Origin: Pachysolen tannophilus NRRL Y-2460
Lineage: Eukaryota
Length of the DNA: 64,000 bases
Assembly: GCA_001661245.1 (NCBI GenBank)
Contig: KV454014.1
Span: 898,892-962,891 of the forward strand
Reading direction: 5' to 3'
In this document: piece by piece, positions 24,399 to 35,913 of the stretch
How positions within the stretch are numbered: the stretch's first letter is position 1
How the letters are laid out: every line of letters begins with the position of its first letter
Made by a program: the position numbers and the translations under genes
The notes under the pieces: generated by a model
Told to the model about the DNA's origin: nothing
Database searches by the model: none
What the model saw: only the letters and a program-made list of their open reading frames with translations

Positions 24399-25883
24399 TT
24401 AGGACTCCTTATTAGCGCTGACATCTTTGGAATACTTATAAGCTTCTTCAAAGTAAAAATTTGGATGTGTAACAATTGGCATTGTCTTACCTCCACATTT
24501 AGATTCCAAGACCATTGTACATGCAATTTGGTATTTCCCCTCTCTAACAGAATCAGTAATCTGATTAATCTGCTCATCTGTCATCTGCATCATTTTCAAT
24601 TTCAGGAAGATATCATCTATAGAATTTTCTTTATAAAAGCATCCATGATATTCACTTGAATGTGGCTTTGGTTGGTTCATTATATTAGTACAATTCATAC
24701 CACGATATTTAATCCTTCCTCCAACGGCACCATAAGTATGTTTTATATTATAAGCATAATCTTTTTCAAAATTTAAACCTTTTAAAGAATTTTTCCAAAA
24801 AAGTAATGCTTCATTTAAAGGTAATCCTAATTCTTTTATGAATCTTCCTAATTGTTGTCTTCCATTATATTTTAAATGGTTATGTTTTTTTAAACCATAC
24901 ATCAAATTTTGCATACATAATGGCATGAATTCACTTACTTGGTTCAAATTAGAAGCATTCAATTCATCAGAATCTCTATTTAAAGAACCTGAACCTTTTT
25001 GAGTTAAAAATTCATCAAGTACATATCCATTTGATAAATTGTTTAAAACTGGAAGTAATCTATCATCTTCATCTAATCTTGGTATTGTTTTCATTGTTAA
25101 AATTAATTTTTCATCCAATTTTTGTGAAAATTCCGATGTAATTAAATTTAATTGTAAAAATTGTGGAACATAACAATATCCATCATTAATGAAAACAGAT
25201 CTAGAACTAACCAAATTTAATACATATTTGAAAGGAACTTTTAAAAAAATTTCATTTTCAAAAGTTTTCTTAATTATTTCTTCATTACTATTGCTTGCAC
25301 CAAGATTAAGCTTTATTAAATTATAACAACTATCATATAACTGTTTTTCAAATTTCAATTTTTCATCATTATCAATAAATTGCCATGGTAAATCAATAGA
25401 TTTTACAAAATTTTTTTGTTCTTGAATTGATAATAAATCATATCTAATTTTAAATAAAATAGTTTCTGCTTTGACAAAACGCGCTCTAAGTTCCTCAGAC
25501 CTACAAAATGCTAATCTTAATATAAAATGTGAATAATGATCTTTTTTCCGTTCACTAATCAATAATGAACTATCTTTTGAATTACTTGTTAAAGGTAATA
25601 ATTTTGCCAATATAGGTTTCAAATGCAGCGAGATTTCTTTAAAATTCCTACCACGTAACTGACATGACTCTATTTCAATCAATATCTTCAATCTATCTAT
25701 AGCCCATGTCTCAAACTCTTCTAAAGTGATTTCATTCAACGGCGGGATATCATATAAGTTTAACCTTTGAGAATAAACAGAACTCAATAGATCACCATCT
25801 TGAACATACAAGTTCTTATCCTTCAGCGAATAATTATCAAAATTCTTTCTACCAGAGGTAATCCTCTTTGACTGTCTAAACAT
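24399..25883 (-). CDS. PRI2: DNA primase large subunit
   Basis: MFRQSKR start, EITLEEFETWAIDRL, KDHYSHFILRLAFCRSEELR, and an Fe-S domain (MPLCM, HLKYNGRQQL, YHGCFY, YQIAC, HPNFYFE). Confidence 0.96.
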   Translation of the reverse strand: MFRQSKRITSGRKNFDNYSLKDKNLYVQDGDLLSSVYSQRLNLYDIPPLNEITLEEFETWAIDRLKILIEIESCQLRGRNFKEISLHLKPILAKLLPLTSNSKDSSLLISERKKDHYSHFILRLAFCRSEELRARFVKAETILFKIRYDLLSIQEQKNFVKSIDLPWQFIDNDEKLKFEKQLYDSCYNLIKLNLGASNSNEEIIKKTFENEIFLKVPFKYVLNLVSSRSVFINDGYCYVPQFLQLNLITSEFSQKLDEKLILTMKTIPRLDEDDRLLPVLNNLSNGYVLDEFLTQKGSGSLNRDSDELNASNLNQVSEFMPLCMQNLMYGLKKHNHLKYNGRQQLGRFIKELGLPLNEALLFWKNSLKGLNFEKDYAYNIKHTYGAVGGRIKYRGMNCTNIMNQPKPHSSEYHGCFYKENSIDDIFLKLKMMQMTDEQINQITDSVREGKYQIACTMVLESKCGGKTMPIVTHPNFYFEEAYKYSKDVSANKES

Positions 25884-25991
25884 CACCACTCGAGCCAAGA
25901 CAGATCTCTATGATCAATTGTTATTTATAATAAAATTTAAATAGATTTATATGTTCTATATATATATAAATATATTATACAGAATTATAAA

Positions 25992-26051
25992 ACGCGTCTC
26001 TTTTCCCTTTATTTTTGCATATTTTTTTTTTCACACTTTGTGTTTACGCGT
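25992..26051. promoter_or_regulatory. Two MCB elements (ACGCGT) upstream of PRI2
   Basis: ACGCGT at 25992-25997 and 26046-26051, about 110-170 bp upstream of a DNA replication gene. Confidence 0.75.
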
Positions 26052-26559
26052 ATCAAATATTAAATGCGCACGCACATGCGTATATTATACTTAGCGCACA
26101 TGCGTATGGCCATTTAAGTGCGCAATTGCGTGTGCGTGTGTGTATGTTTATGCGCGCATAATAATTGCAGTAAAGTGTTTTGTATTGGGGTGTAGTATGA
26201 GTATAATTCCTTATCTATATGACCTATTTGATTTGCAAATAGATTTGAGATAAAAGATAATGAATGATGAAAACAGCAAAAATTATCATTCATGTAGCAA
26301 GTTAATGAGAATCTCTTGTAAATTTTTGTTAAAGTTTACCAAGTAAACCAGAGTTTCAGAGGATGTAAGTATTAAAAAACAAAAAAAAAAAAAAAAGAAA
26401 AGGTGATAAAGGTTTACCAGATGAGCTAGTATAATTAAGTATTAATCATGAGTATGTGTAAAGCATTGATTTCACATTCATATTTATTCCTTATTCTTAG
26501 CATATATCAGCATCTTCCAAAAAAAATTAAAAAATTAAAATAAATAAAAAACGAGTCAT

Positions 26560-27242
26560 TTAGTCTTTCTTTTTATCAGAGTTTGAGTTGTTTAGTTCAT
26601 TCGATATCTTGATATAAGCTTCATTCAATCCTTTGAGTTGTTTCTTAAAAGTTTCTATATCCAAATCTTTTTTCTTTATTTCAGCTTTTATAGAAGCAAC
26701 TTTCTCAGTATCATCTACTTTTTTAGCATTTTCTAACTTTGTCTTATGTTTGATCAATTTCTTCAATATTGAAATCACTGTTGGAATAGCAATTCCAAAA
26801 TACAAGACAGCTCCTGTAAGATACATGTTTCTCTGATTATAGTTTCTGGAAGCCAATTCTGTACTTGTCAAGTAAAAACGGGAACTCGAACCACCAGTAA
26901 CTACTGGGTATTGGGACAGTTTGATTGATGACCTATTAAAAGAATCTATAAACATTATACTAATTATAACTCCAATAAAATACATCCCAATCCTAAAATT
27001 TGATATTGTAATTAACATGTGAAATACTTCAACAACTTTCTTCCTAACAACAAATGGTAAGGGAAGAACCAATATTGAGAGCATTACCATCTCAACTATT
27101 AACGCAACAAAAATCTAAAAACATGTTAATTTTCTTTTTCTTTATTTTCATTTTTTTTTTTTTTTCCAAGTAAAAAAAAAACTAAAGATCAAATATAAAC
27201 CAAATAACAATTGTTACTTACAAATAACATTTGAATACTCAT
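26560..27242 (-). CDS. BAP31/Yet-family ER membrane protein. Exons 27242-27222 and 27114-26560, 191 aa
   Basis: Spliced N-terminus MSIQMLFIFVALIVEMVMLSILVLPLP, motif YNQRNMYLTG, a coiled coil, and a C-terminal KKKD ER-retrieval signal. Confidence 0.88.
27115..27221 (-). other. Spliceosomal intron (107 nt, phase 0)
   Basis: GTAAGT donor, degenerate branch point AATTAAC close to a TAG acceptor. Splicing gives an in-frame join. Confidence 0.8.
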
Positions 27243-27619
27243 GATGGAAGGTTTAGAATTTATCAATCTCAACTATATTTAGAAACCAATTTATAGAATG
27301 TGTGTCCTTCTTATACTTGTGATATAGATATAATTGATTTACTCAAGGCGTCCTTTTAGTTACAATTTGAACGACCAGGGCAGATAAGTCCAATTAATTG
27401 AACTTCATTTCCATCTCCATCTCTATATTAATCTCAATTAACTAACTAATACTGCTTAGCAACTGATTATTAGCAAAGTTATATTCTACTCATTTGGTTT
27501 TGATCTACAAAGTGGAATTTTATAAATGTAATCTTTTGAAAACTACCAAACAACTATAAAAAAAGTATAAAAATAAATGCATAATGCAGTGTAATCACTA
27601 ATGTTAAACTAAAATTAAA

Positions 27620-30600
27620 TTATTCTTCATTTCCGGAGAAACGACTTTGATATTCAACAGCTTTAGCCTTGACATAATCACAAGCTTTCAAGTCCTTTTT
27701 GTTTTCTTCAAATTCTAACCATTTTCTAAAGAAGAATTTAGCTTGTTTCTTTGAAATTTTCTTTAAATTCAAAACTCTTTCAAACAATTCTTCAATTTTC
27801 TTTTTACCATCATTTCCATCTTCTTTATCCAATTTAATTTCCTGATCTATGTAGACATTCCAAATATCAATTCTCTTTGGGACATCTGCAATCAAACCTT
27901 CAAATAATGAGCGACCTTGTTCTGGATCACCTTTGTTAAATTCCAATTGAGCAAATTTACGAACTATTTCAATGTGATCTCTCTTTGGTAATATCTGTAA
28001 TGCACTAGATAATATTTGACGACATTCTTCCTGTTTATGTTGATCAATCAAGAATGAACCATAAGAAAACCAAACCACAGTATGTTTGTTGAATTTTTTT
28101 AACATTTTCTTGAATAACTCATCAGCTTTGTCAAATTTTTCAGATAAAATATATATTCCAGATAATTTTTGATGCATTGTTAAAGAATCCATATACTGAC
28201 ATGATCTCTTAAATAACTCTTCTAAAGTGTCTTCACTTCCAAAAGTATTTTCCAAATTTAATAAAGCAATCCAGATATTCATCTTTTCTTGCTCATCACG
28301 GTAGTTGATCGTCTTTAAAGCACGTTCACCAATCTCCCGAGCTTTATCTACTTCACTTAATTGCAATTGGAAAGACATGTAATTCATCCACAAGATTGAA
28401 GAACTAGGATTACCGAGTAATAATCTTTCAAAATCGGCAACAGATTGAGGAGCTCTTGTATTTAAGTCAACAGTTTTATCCTCAACTATAGTAGACTTAT
28501 TCTTCTTCTTTCTGTCCTTTTTAGATTTCTTATCACTTGTAAAATCTTCCTCTTCATCAGAAGACTCTTCTCCGGCAGCAACCTGGTCCAAAATAGATGC
28601 AGTCCAGTCAAAACCATTAGTTGAAAGACCAGCAGAAACTGTATTCGAAAATGATGTCTCCTCTTCTTCGTCATCAGAACCGGACTCAGATTCTGAATTA
28701 TCATTTTCAAATGCATCCTTCATAACTTGGTCGCCTTCTTCATCTTCATCATCCTTGTCATCTTCTTCGCTTGCTTCATCTTCGTCCTCTTCCTCTTCTT
28801 CCGAATTTTCGGCATCCTGTTCAAACTCTTCAGAAGAAATTTTTCCTTCTTCACCGTCTTCATCATTATCCTTTTCAGAGTCAGTGAAGTACGAGGCTTT
28901 CATACCAAGAGATAATTGCTTCTTTTCTGGATTGATTTTTAGTATTTTAACTTTAACTCTGTCACCTTCACCAAATAATGCTTGAATGTTTTCAATTTTA
29001 TTGTCAGAAATTTCAGAATGATGACATAAACCATCAACATTCGAAGTTCCATCCAATTTAACAAATACACCAAAATCAGTGGCTTTCTTGACATAACCTT
29101 CATAAATCTCTCCTACTTTCAAATCTTCAAATCTTTTCAATGGATTCAGCTCACCACTAACTTCACTGGCCTTCAAACTTAATAAGATACGACCTTCTTC
29201 TTCAGCGCTGATGATTCTACACAGAACAGCCTGATGAGGTTTGAAAAATTTGTTCCAGTCTTTGATGTATGAATCTGATAGATCACTTACTCTCACGTAT
29301 CCATAAATTTCACGGCCTAATGAAACAAATACACCTTTTGAAGTGACATTTTTAATAAAACCACGGACTATGTCTCCACTCTTCAAATCATTAATAGAAG
29401 ATATTGGTCTATCTTTGGCATCTTTTGTACGTAAGGAAACAGCTATTTTGTTGTTTTCATGATCAACTTCTAAAATCGTAGCAACACAAATGTCATTAGT
29501 TGAAAAAATAGATTCTAACTTTTCAGTGTAGTCGTTCAATGCATCAGTAACAAATGAAACAGCAGTCACATCCTTACCAAGCTCAACCAAGACATAATTA
29601 TCCTTAGTTTTCAACACTCTAGATGGGACCACTTGACCAACTTTGACATCTTTTGAAGACAAGATTGGGTTTGGTCTCGATGATAAAGTAACAGCATTAT
29701 GTTCTGTATCAACTTCTTCGACTGTAACTTCAAGAGCCGAACCTAATGGATAATTCTTATCTAAATCCTCAAAGGTAGATGCATCATCAGACAAGCTCAT
29801 TAACGAAATACGTCCTCTAATTGTTGGAGAAATATTAACCCATAAATAACTTCTAGCAAAATTATTAATAAACGCAATCCATTTGGTACCAATTTTTGTA
29901 TCAGATAAAGTTAACGGTTTATATACCTTGCTTTCAACTAAATCTGATTTTTTAGCGGATAACTCCAAAACTAAATTTTTATTGTTCCTATGAGAAATAG
30001 GTAAAAATCTGTGATTACGGGCATCGTGATACCCAATAATTTTAACATTTAAAACTTGGTCCTTTTTGAATTGTGATAACGGATGCTTCTTGTCGGTGAT
30101 TTCTGACAAATTATCAAAAATTTGAGATATATCGATACGCCCTTGTAAATTATCAGCCAATTCAACATTTAACTGGGTAGATTTGACTGATTTAATAATT
30201 GCCTTGGTGAGAACACCTGGAACAAACTCGTCAAGATTCTTAATTCTAGTGTCGACTGGATTGACAGCCATTTCCAGATTTGAATCAACTTTTAGTTCCT
30301 TCATAGACACTAAAAATCTTTTCTTGTCATTGTCCAATCTTATAATTCTAACAGAAACTGATTTGTGTATATACAAATTTTCATCTTTTTCGATATACTT
30401 GGTTAAGGCTAAACCTGTTAACCTATTTGCAAAGCCAACAAAAACTCCTGAATCTGTAATCGATCTAATATATCCAGGAAAAACAGTTTCACTAACTGAT
30501 ATTTCTTTGAAAGAAGATGGTAAAACATTTCCTGATCTGACAAAATCTACTAACGATTTCTTACCAGATAAAGTGATAACTCTAGATTTGGTATCCTTTT

Positions 30601-32908
30601 CCAAAGCCAAAACCTTTGGTAAAATTTTGCCAATTTCTAGTTTTTTTAATAAAGCTCTATTTTGTTCTATATTACCGTCTGACAAATGACCAGCAGAAAT
30701 TACACCACGCAAATTACTATCTGGCAATTCAACAATTACCGAGTTTTTTTCTTTCTCAACTATTACCACATCAACTATAGATTTTCCAGGTATTAATTCT
30801 GTTATAGCATCCTTTTGGGCCAGAGATAATGTGCTTGAAACACGGCACGATACCCTTAATTTCTTATTCTCCTTATCGACATTCAAAATTCTGACATTAA
30901 TAGTTTGTCCTAATCTTAAATGATCTTCAGGATTTTTGACAAACGTTTCACTTATTTCAGACTTTGGTAAAAAAGCTTTTACATTGCCGAAAAATGAAAC
31001 AATGCAACCATTAGGTTGAATCTTTTCAACTGTGGCAGGAGTACGTTTTCCTTCTTCGGCATCTTCCCATGAAGCGATTATATCTTCGTCATCAGCACCA
31101 ACCAATGATTTCTTGAAAGTAACCATGACATTAGTCTTTCCTGCTTTTGGATGAGTTATTTTTAAAACTCTTCCCTTTACTTTGGCACCAATTTTGAATT
31201 TTCTTTCTGGATATATTAATTTTATATCACTCATGTGCAGTTTCGGTACATAAGCATCAAATTTGTCAAAAACTCTCAAAGAAATCCCACTTTCTGGTAT
31301 AACTTTTAAAATTTCGGCTTGACATAATATACCAACAGGAATATCTTCTGATCTTAAATATGTCTGCAGAATTTGTTTTTTATCAAAAGTTAAAATATAA
31401 AAATTATCAACCAAAGAATATCCCAAGACTCTTGCTTTATGTTTTGTTCCAATTTTGTATTCAACGTCAACACTTTCCTTTTCACTGATTCTTGAAACAT
31501 GTGCTTGGCCCAAGACTGATTTATTTCCAACGTTTGCGTATATATAATTTGAATCATGACCATTTATTTCAACTTCGTCAAATACATGACCAATTGCGAA
31601 AGCTTCCAAAGGTGCAGATTCAGTTTTTGGGTCCCAAGCAGTTGGAGTCAATGCCAATATATGAGGCAAAATCGATAAAGTCAATTTTCTTTCTCCATTT
31701 TTTAACTGAGAAGATAGTACTCTCGCTTTAATGTTGGATCCTATAGCAAATTTATGTTTCAAAGCATTGAATTCAAAAGCATGAGCATGTGTAAAATTAA
31801 TGGTTGCGTCACATAAACCAAAGACTTTACAAATTAATCCATTATGTTTTACTTCTGTTATTATTGCTTCAACTAAAGGACCAGCAACAATTGAATCAAC
31901 TGAAGAAATTGTAGTTATTGTGCCTGTTTTTTTGGAAGAACCTGAAGGAATTTTACATGTGATTGTTCTAGAATTAGCGACATTTTTAGCAATTGATGTA
32001 AGTAATACTGAACCAATTTTTAAACTATCCACGTCAACACCTCCACTTATAAGTTCTTTTTTAGATATAAAACCTTTTTTATCATCCATACCAGTATTTA
32101 AAATAGCCCCATGATCTTCTATAGAAGTAATAGAAACTTGTAAAGTTGCATTTAAAACCAAATCATCAATTTCTAAAAATTTATTCACTTGTTCAGGTTC
32201 GATTGTTAATTGGATTCTTTTCTTTATAGTTTTATTAATTTTGCCGCTATTACTATTTGAATCTTCAACAACTAAAGCTCTCAACCATTGACCAATTTTA
32301 AAATAGTTTCTTAAATCTGGAAGCTCAGAAGTGGTGTTCTCCTCCTCTTCCTCCTCCTGCTGTTGATCATCATCACCATCATCGTCAAAAGCATTTTTTT
32401 CTTCTTGTTCTTGTTCTTCTTGAAATTTTTCTAATAAAGAAGTGATTTCTTCACTTATAGCAGTAATGGGGATAAACCCAGTTATATTATCAGTTAATGC
32501 CAAGCAGATTTCCATCTTATTTATCTGTGAGATTTGCCCCAATATCGTTGTTCCTGGTGTCAATGTTTTCAAATTGAAATTTTCAACTTCAATTGATTTC
32601 TTTTCTCCCAAAGTGGGAACACCACTAGTAGACAAAGATGATTTCTTCTTGGCCCTTTTAGCAACCAGCAATTTCTTCTTCTTTGCCAGAGGCGGCCCCT
32701 CTGCATCTTTTGAAACATCAGTTTTCGTCTCAAATAAAATATCTCTAGCAGCTTCATTAGCAACTTCCTTAATCTCTAATGGTGTTAATACCGATGCACC
32801 ACCTCTTGGAAATGCAATCTCACTACTACTAATAATTGATTGTGGCCGAGCACCAGCTGACACATCCCCCGAGGAATCGTCAGTTATCTTTCTCTTCTGA
32901 GGAGTCAT
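27620..32908 (-). CDS. RRP5: rRNA biogenesis protein Rrp5 (S1 repeats and HAT/TPR C-terminus)
   Basis: Motifs FPRGGASVLTPLE, multiple S1 domains, APQSVADFERLL and WMNYMSFQLQLSE. ATG at 32908. Confidence 0.97.
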   Translation of the reverse strand: MTPQKRKITDDSSGDVSAGARPQSIISSSEIAFPRGGASVLTPLEIKEVANEAARDILFETKTDVSKDAEGPPLAKKKKLLVAKRAKKKSSLSTSGVPTLGEKKSIEVENFNLKTLTPGTTILGQISQINKMEICLALTDNITGFIPITAISEEITSLLEKFQEEQEQEEKNAFDDDGDDDQQQEEEEEENTTSELPDLRNYFKIGQWLRALVVEDSNSNSGKINKTIKKRIQLTIEPEQVNKFLEIDDLVLNATLQVSITSIEDHGAILNTGMDDKKGFISKKELISGGVDVDSLKIGSVLLTSIAKNVANSRTITCKIPSGSSKKTGTITTISSVDSIVAGPLVEAIITEVKHNGLICKVFGLCDATINFTHAHAFEFNALKHKFAIGSNIKARVLSSQLKNGERKLTLSILPHILALTPTAWDPKTESAPLEAFAIGHVFDEVEINGHDSNYIYANVGNKSVLGQAHVSRISEKESVDVEYKIGTKHKARVLGYSLVDNFYILTFDKKQILQTYLRSEDIPVGILCQAEILKVIPESGISLRVFDKFDAYVPKLHMSDIKLIYPERKFKIGAKVKGRVLKITHPKAGKTNVMVTFKKSLVGADDEDIIASWEDAEEGKRTPATVEKIQPNGCIVSFFGNVKAFLPKSEISETFVKNPEDHLRLGQTINVRILNVDKENKKLRVSCRVSSTLSLAQKDAITELIPGKSIVDVVIVEKEKNSVIVELPDSNLRGVISAGHLSDGNIEQNRALLKKLEIGKILPKVLALEKDTKSRVITLSGKKSLVDFVRSGNVLPSSFKEISVSETVFPGYIRSITDSGVFVGFANRLTGLALTKYIEKDENLYIHKSVSVRIIRLDNDKKRFLVSMKELKVDSNLEMAVNPVDTRIKNLDEFVPGVLTKAIIKSVKSTQLNVELADNLQGRIDISQIFDNLSEITDKKHPLSQFKKDQVLNVKIIGYHDARNHRFLPISHRNNKNLVLELSAKKSDLVESKVYKPLTLSDTKIGTKWIAFINNFARSYLWVNISPTIRGRISLMSLSDDASTFEDLDKNYPLGSALEVTVEEVDTEHNAVTLSSRPNPILSSKDVKVGQVVPSRVLKTKDNYVLVELGKDVTAVSFVTDALNDYTEKLESIFSTNDICVATILEVDHENNKIAVSLRTKDAKDRPISSINDLKSGDIVRGFIKNVTSKGVFVSLGREIYGYVRVSDLSDSYIKDWNKFFKPHQAVLCRIISAEEEGRILLSLKASEVSGELNPLKRFEDLKVGEIYEGYVKKATDFGVFVKLDGTSNVDGLCHHSEISDNKIENIQALFGEGDRVKVKILKINPEKKQLSLGMKASYFTDSEKDNDEDGEEGKISSEEFEQDAENSEEEEEDEDEASEEDDKDDEDEEGDQVMKDAFENDNSESESGSDDEEEETSFSNTVSAGLSTNGFDWTASILDQVAAGEESSDEEEDFTSDKKSKKDRKKKNKSTIVEDKTVDLNTRAPQSVADFERLLLGNPSSSILWMNYMSFQLQLSEVDKAREIGERALKTINYRDEQEKMNIWIALLNLENTFGSEDTLEELFKRSCQYMDSLTMHQKLSGIYILSEKFDKADELFKKMLKKFNKHTVVWFSYGSFLIDQHKQEECRQILSSALQILPKRDHIEIVRKFAQLEFNKGDPEQGRSLFEGLIADVPKRIDIWNVYIDQEIKLDKEDGNDGKKKIEELFERVLNLKKISKKQAKFFFRKWLEFEENKKDLKACDYVKAKAVEYQSRFSGNEE

Positions 32909-33009
32909 GATACCACACACACAATATATATATATATATATGAAAACCAACTAACAATATAGATATATATATATACTTATATATATATATATAATTAAAT
33001 AACTTGAGT

Positions 33010-33071
33010 TGAAAAATTTTTTTTTGGCCCTTAATAAGAAAAAAAAAAAAATTTTTCAACTGAGCGATGAG
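33010..33071. promoter_or_regulatory. RRPE and PAC ribosome-biogenesis elements upstream of RRP5
   Basis: TGAAAAATTTT at 33010-33020, an inverted AAAAATTTTTCA near 33047-33058, and GCGATGAG at 33064-33071. Confidence 0.8.
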
Positions 33072-33414
33072 ATTTCCTATTTGGGAACGTTGAGCTTATG
33101 CACACGCCACTATTTTTTTCTCCCCTTTTCTCCCCTTTTTCCCCCTTTTTTAGACTTTTCTGGCCATTATTATTTATGTCCGATATTTTTGAATGTGTTT
33201 GTGTAACTAACTGTTCAAGAAATTAAGAAGATGAGAGGTTAGGTTTATGGATTATGGTGTTTTGAATTATTTTGATCTTGAAGAGTTGTGTTTTTATTTA
33301 ATTCCTTTTTTTCTTTTTTGTTTCTTGAGCTCAATTATTCTGATTTTAAATCTAACATATAATATTTAGATACACACATAAAAGTTATACCTTTTTTTTG
33401 TTTTTGTTGATAGA

Positions 33415-34872
33415 ATGCAGTTTCCAAGATTAGTTTATAATAGATTGAAAGAATCTCCTTTAAGTTTTCGTTATTGGTTAATGGTTTCTGGGGGGGTTTT
33501 TCTATGTTTGGTTTTAGTTTTGCGAGTTGTACAAATTTCTAATAAGGTTGAAGATCAAAGATATGGTATTAATTCTTTTAATCAAATATCAAATTCAATT
33601 TTTTTAAATGAATTTGGTGAATGTGCATATTCAGATATGTATAAAAGTTTTGAATGTTTACAAAAATATAAGACAAATTTAGTTAAAGAAGTTGATGGTA
33701 GTGAGATTTCAAGTTTAGGGAAATTTCAATTAAAAAATTGTATTGAATCTGTTTCTAAAAGTTCAAATGAGTTTTCATTAATTTTAAATGTTTATAATTG
33801 TTATTATCAAGCTGATATTATAGAAATATCAAATGATTTTCAAAAACAAAAACAAAAAATGGATACAAGTTTAAGAAATTTTAAGAATGAGAATGAGAAT
33901 GAGAATCAGCAGGAGAATGAGAAGGATAAATTTGGGAAATGGTTATTGGTTAAAGCAAGTTTTTTATGTTTTATTTCTCTGCAATTATGGGGGGTTTTCA
34001 TATATGGTTTTATTTTGCCATATATTATGTCAAATAATTTTAAATTATCATTTTTTAAAATTTGGGAAAACTGTATTGATGATTTTCAAAATTTAAAATT
34101 GAAATTACAATTGAAATTAAAAGAAGAAACTGAAAATGTAATTCCAGTTGAAAAAATTATTTCAACACCAATATCAACCATAAATCAAACTCAATTAAAA
34201 CCTATAATTGAGAAAAAATTTCCTAGACAAGAAGAAGAACATCCATTAAATTCTGGTTTGAAAGCCAAGATTGGAAATCGAGTTTTCAATTTAGGTGATG
34301 ATAAAGGTAGAAAAGAATGGCAAGATTATTGTAAAAATCAAATCAAATCTTCAGCTACAAAGGATAAAAAGGAAATATCATCATCAACCAATAGAGAAGT
34401 TTTCTTGAAAAGTTCTTCTTCTAATATTAGTATTGATAATTTAATTTCAAAACCAAATAAAGATTCTTTTAATAAAGAAAACTTTAATGAATCTAAAAAT
34501 GAAAAACAAATTACAAATACAACTGTTACTTTTTTACAAAAACCACCAGCTATAATTGGGTTCTCCAATCTTAATATAACAAGTTCAGATTCTATCTTTA
34601 ACAGAGAAAACGAAAATAGAACCGGAAATGGAAACAAAAATGAAACAGCAATTACCAATCTGGCTATTACCAATCTATCTAAAACGGTACCTACTTCAAC
34701 TACTACGACTACAACTACAACTACCAATGGCGATAATGGCGACAACTCCTCAAAGATAACAGTTTCAGCAAGTGCAAACATCCAGAGATTTGACAAAAAC
34801 GGCAAGGCTTACCGCAGAATATTTATCCCAGGACAAGGCTGGATTTCTGCAAAGCGACTTGAAGTTGTTTAA
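33415..34872 (+). CDS. Hypothetical membrane protein with two predicted TM segments
   Basis: 485-aa ATG ORF with hydrophobic segments near aa 20-40 and 175-205, a Cys-containing loop between them, and a low-complexity tail. Confidence 0.7.
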   Translation: MQFPRLVYNRLKESPLSFRYWLMVSGGVFLCLVLVLRVVQISNKVEDQRYGINSFNQISNSIFLNEFGECAYSDMYKSFECLQKYKTNLVKEVDGSEISSLGKFQLKNCIESVSKSSNEFSLILNVYNCYYQADIIEISNDFQKQKQKMDTSLRNFKNENENENQQENEKDKFGKWLLVKASFLCFISLQLWGVFIYGFILPYIMSNNFKLSFFKIWENCIDDFQNLKLKLQLKLKEETENVIPVEKIISTPISTINQTQLKPIIEKKFPRQEEEHPLNSGLKAKIGNRVFNLGDDKGRKEWQDYCKNQIKSSATKDKKEISSSTNREVFLKSSSSNISIDNLISKPNKDSFNKENFNESKNEKQITNTTVTFLQKPPAIIGFSNLNITSSDSIFNRENENRTGNGNKNETAITNLAITNLSKTVPTSTTTTTTTTTNGDNGDNSSKITVSASANIQRFDKNGKAYRRIFIPGQGWISAKRLEVV

Positions 34873-35161
34873 GAGCTCAAGATCTTCTTCAAGAGAGCTT
34901 TTAAAGAGAATAAGTCAAAAACGTTATCGTGTAAAATGTTCAAATTTGTCTTTTTTTGGATTTTTGGTATTTTTTTTGGTTTTTGTGTGTATAACAGACC
35001 TCAATAATAATAATAATAATAATATAACTAAAAGATATAGATAATATAATATAATATAAATTCAATGTAAAGTTAAGTATATAAGTTTAATTGTGATAAT
35101 ATATTGTATTCATTGTTTTTGCAGTTTTGAAAATTTTTAGGTTTTTAGGATTTAGGTTTCC

Positions 35162-35881
35162 ATGTATCCAGAAAACCACTATACTTTGGTGTTTGACATA
35201 TATAATCCTAAACGATTAGTTGAGGACAAAAGATATATTGATTGTTTGATTGGTAAAAAAATTGATATTTGTGAAATTGAAATTGATAATTGGGTTTCAA
35301 AAATTTTAGAAACTGGTGATATATTTACATCATATAATTTACAATCTAATAATAGTGTTAGTATAAATCAGAGTGGTATTAAAGAATTAATTGAAGTTTT
35401 TAAACAGAATTTAAAATTGGGAACTCCTTATCTTGTTAAAGGTATTGATTATAGATTTACAAAATTAGAGATTATACCAGTAGATATGGATAGTGAAAAT
35501 TTTCAATTACGAGCCAAATTTTTAGGACTTGGTGTTATTAGATTATTTAGAAATCATGAAAATGAAGAAGATTTAAGAAAAGAAAATAAAGTTGAAGGTG
35601 ATGATACTATGGTTGCTATAGTTGCAGTTCCAACATATTTTACAGCAACTGATTTATTAGGATTTTTAGGTGAAGATACAAAGAAAAATGTTTCACATTT
35701 TAGATTATTAAGATCAAATCAACCTAATAGGTTTATGGTTTTAATGAAATTTAGAAATAATGAATTTGCAAAAGATTTTAAAGAAAAATTTAATGGTAAA
35801 AGTTTTAATTCTATGGAACCAGAAACATGTCAAGTGATTTTTGTTAAAAAAATTTTATTTATTAAACAAACAAATAAAAAC

Positions 35882-35913
<32 letters not shown>

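Noticed and set aside
30183..32900. Antisense ORFs inside RRP5 and other long genes
   Set aside because: They are shadow frames of real genes and have no recognisable motifs.
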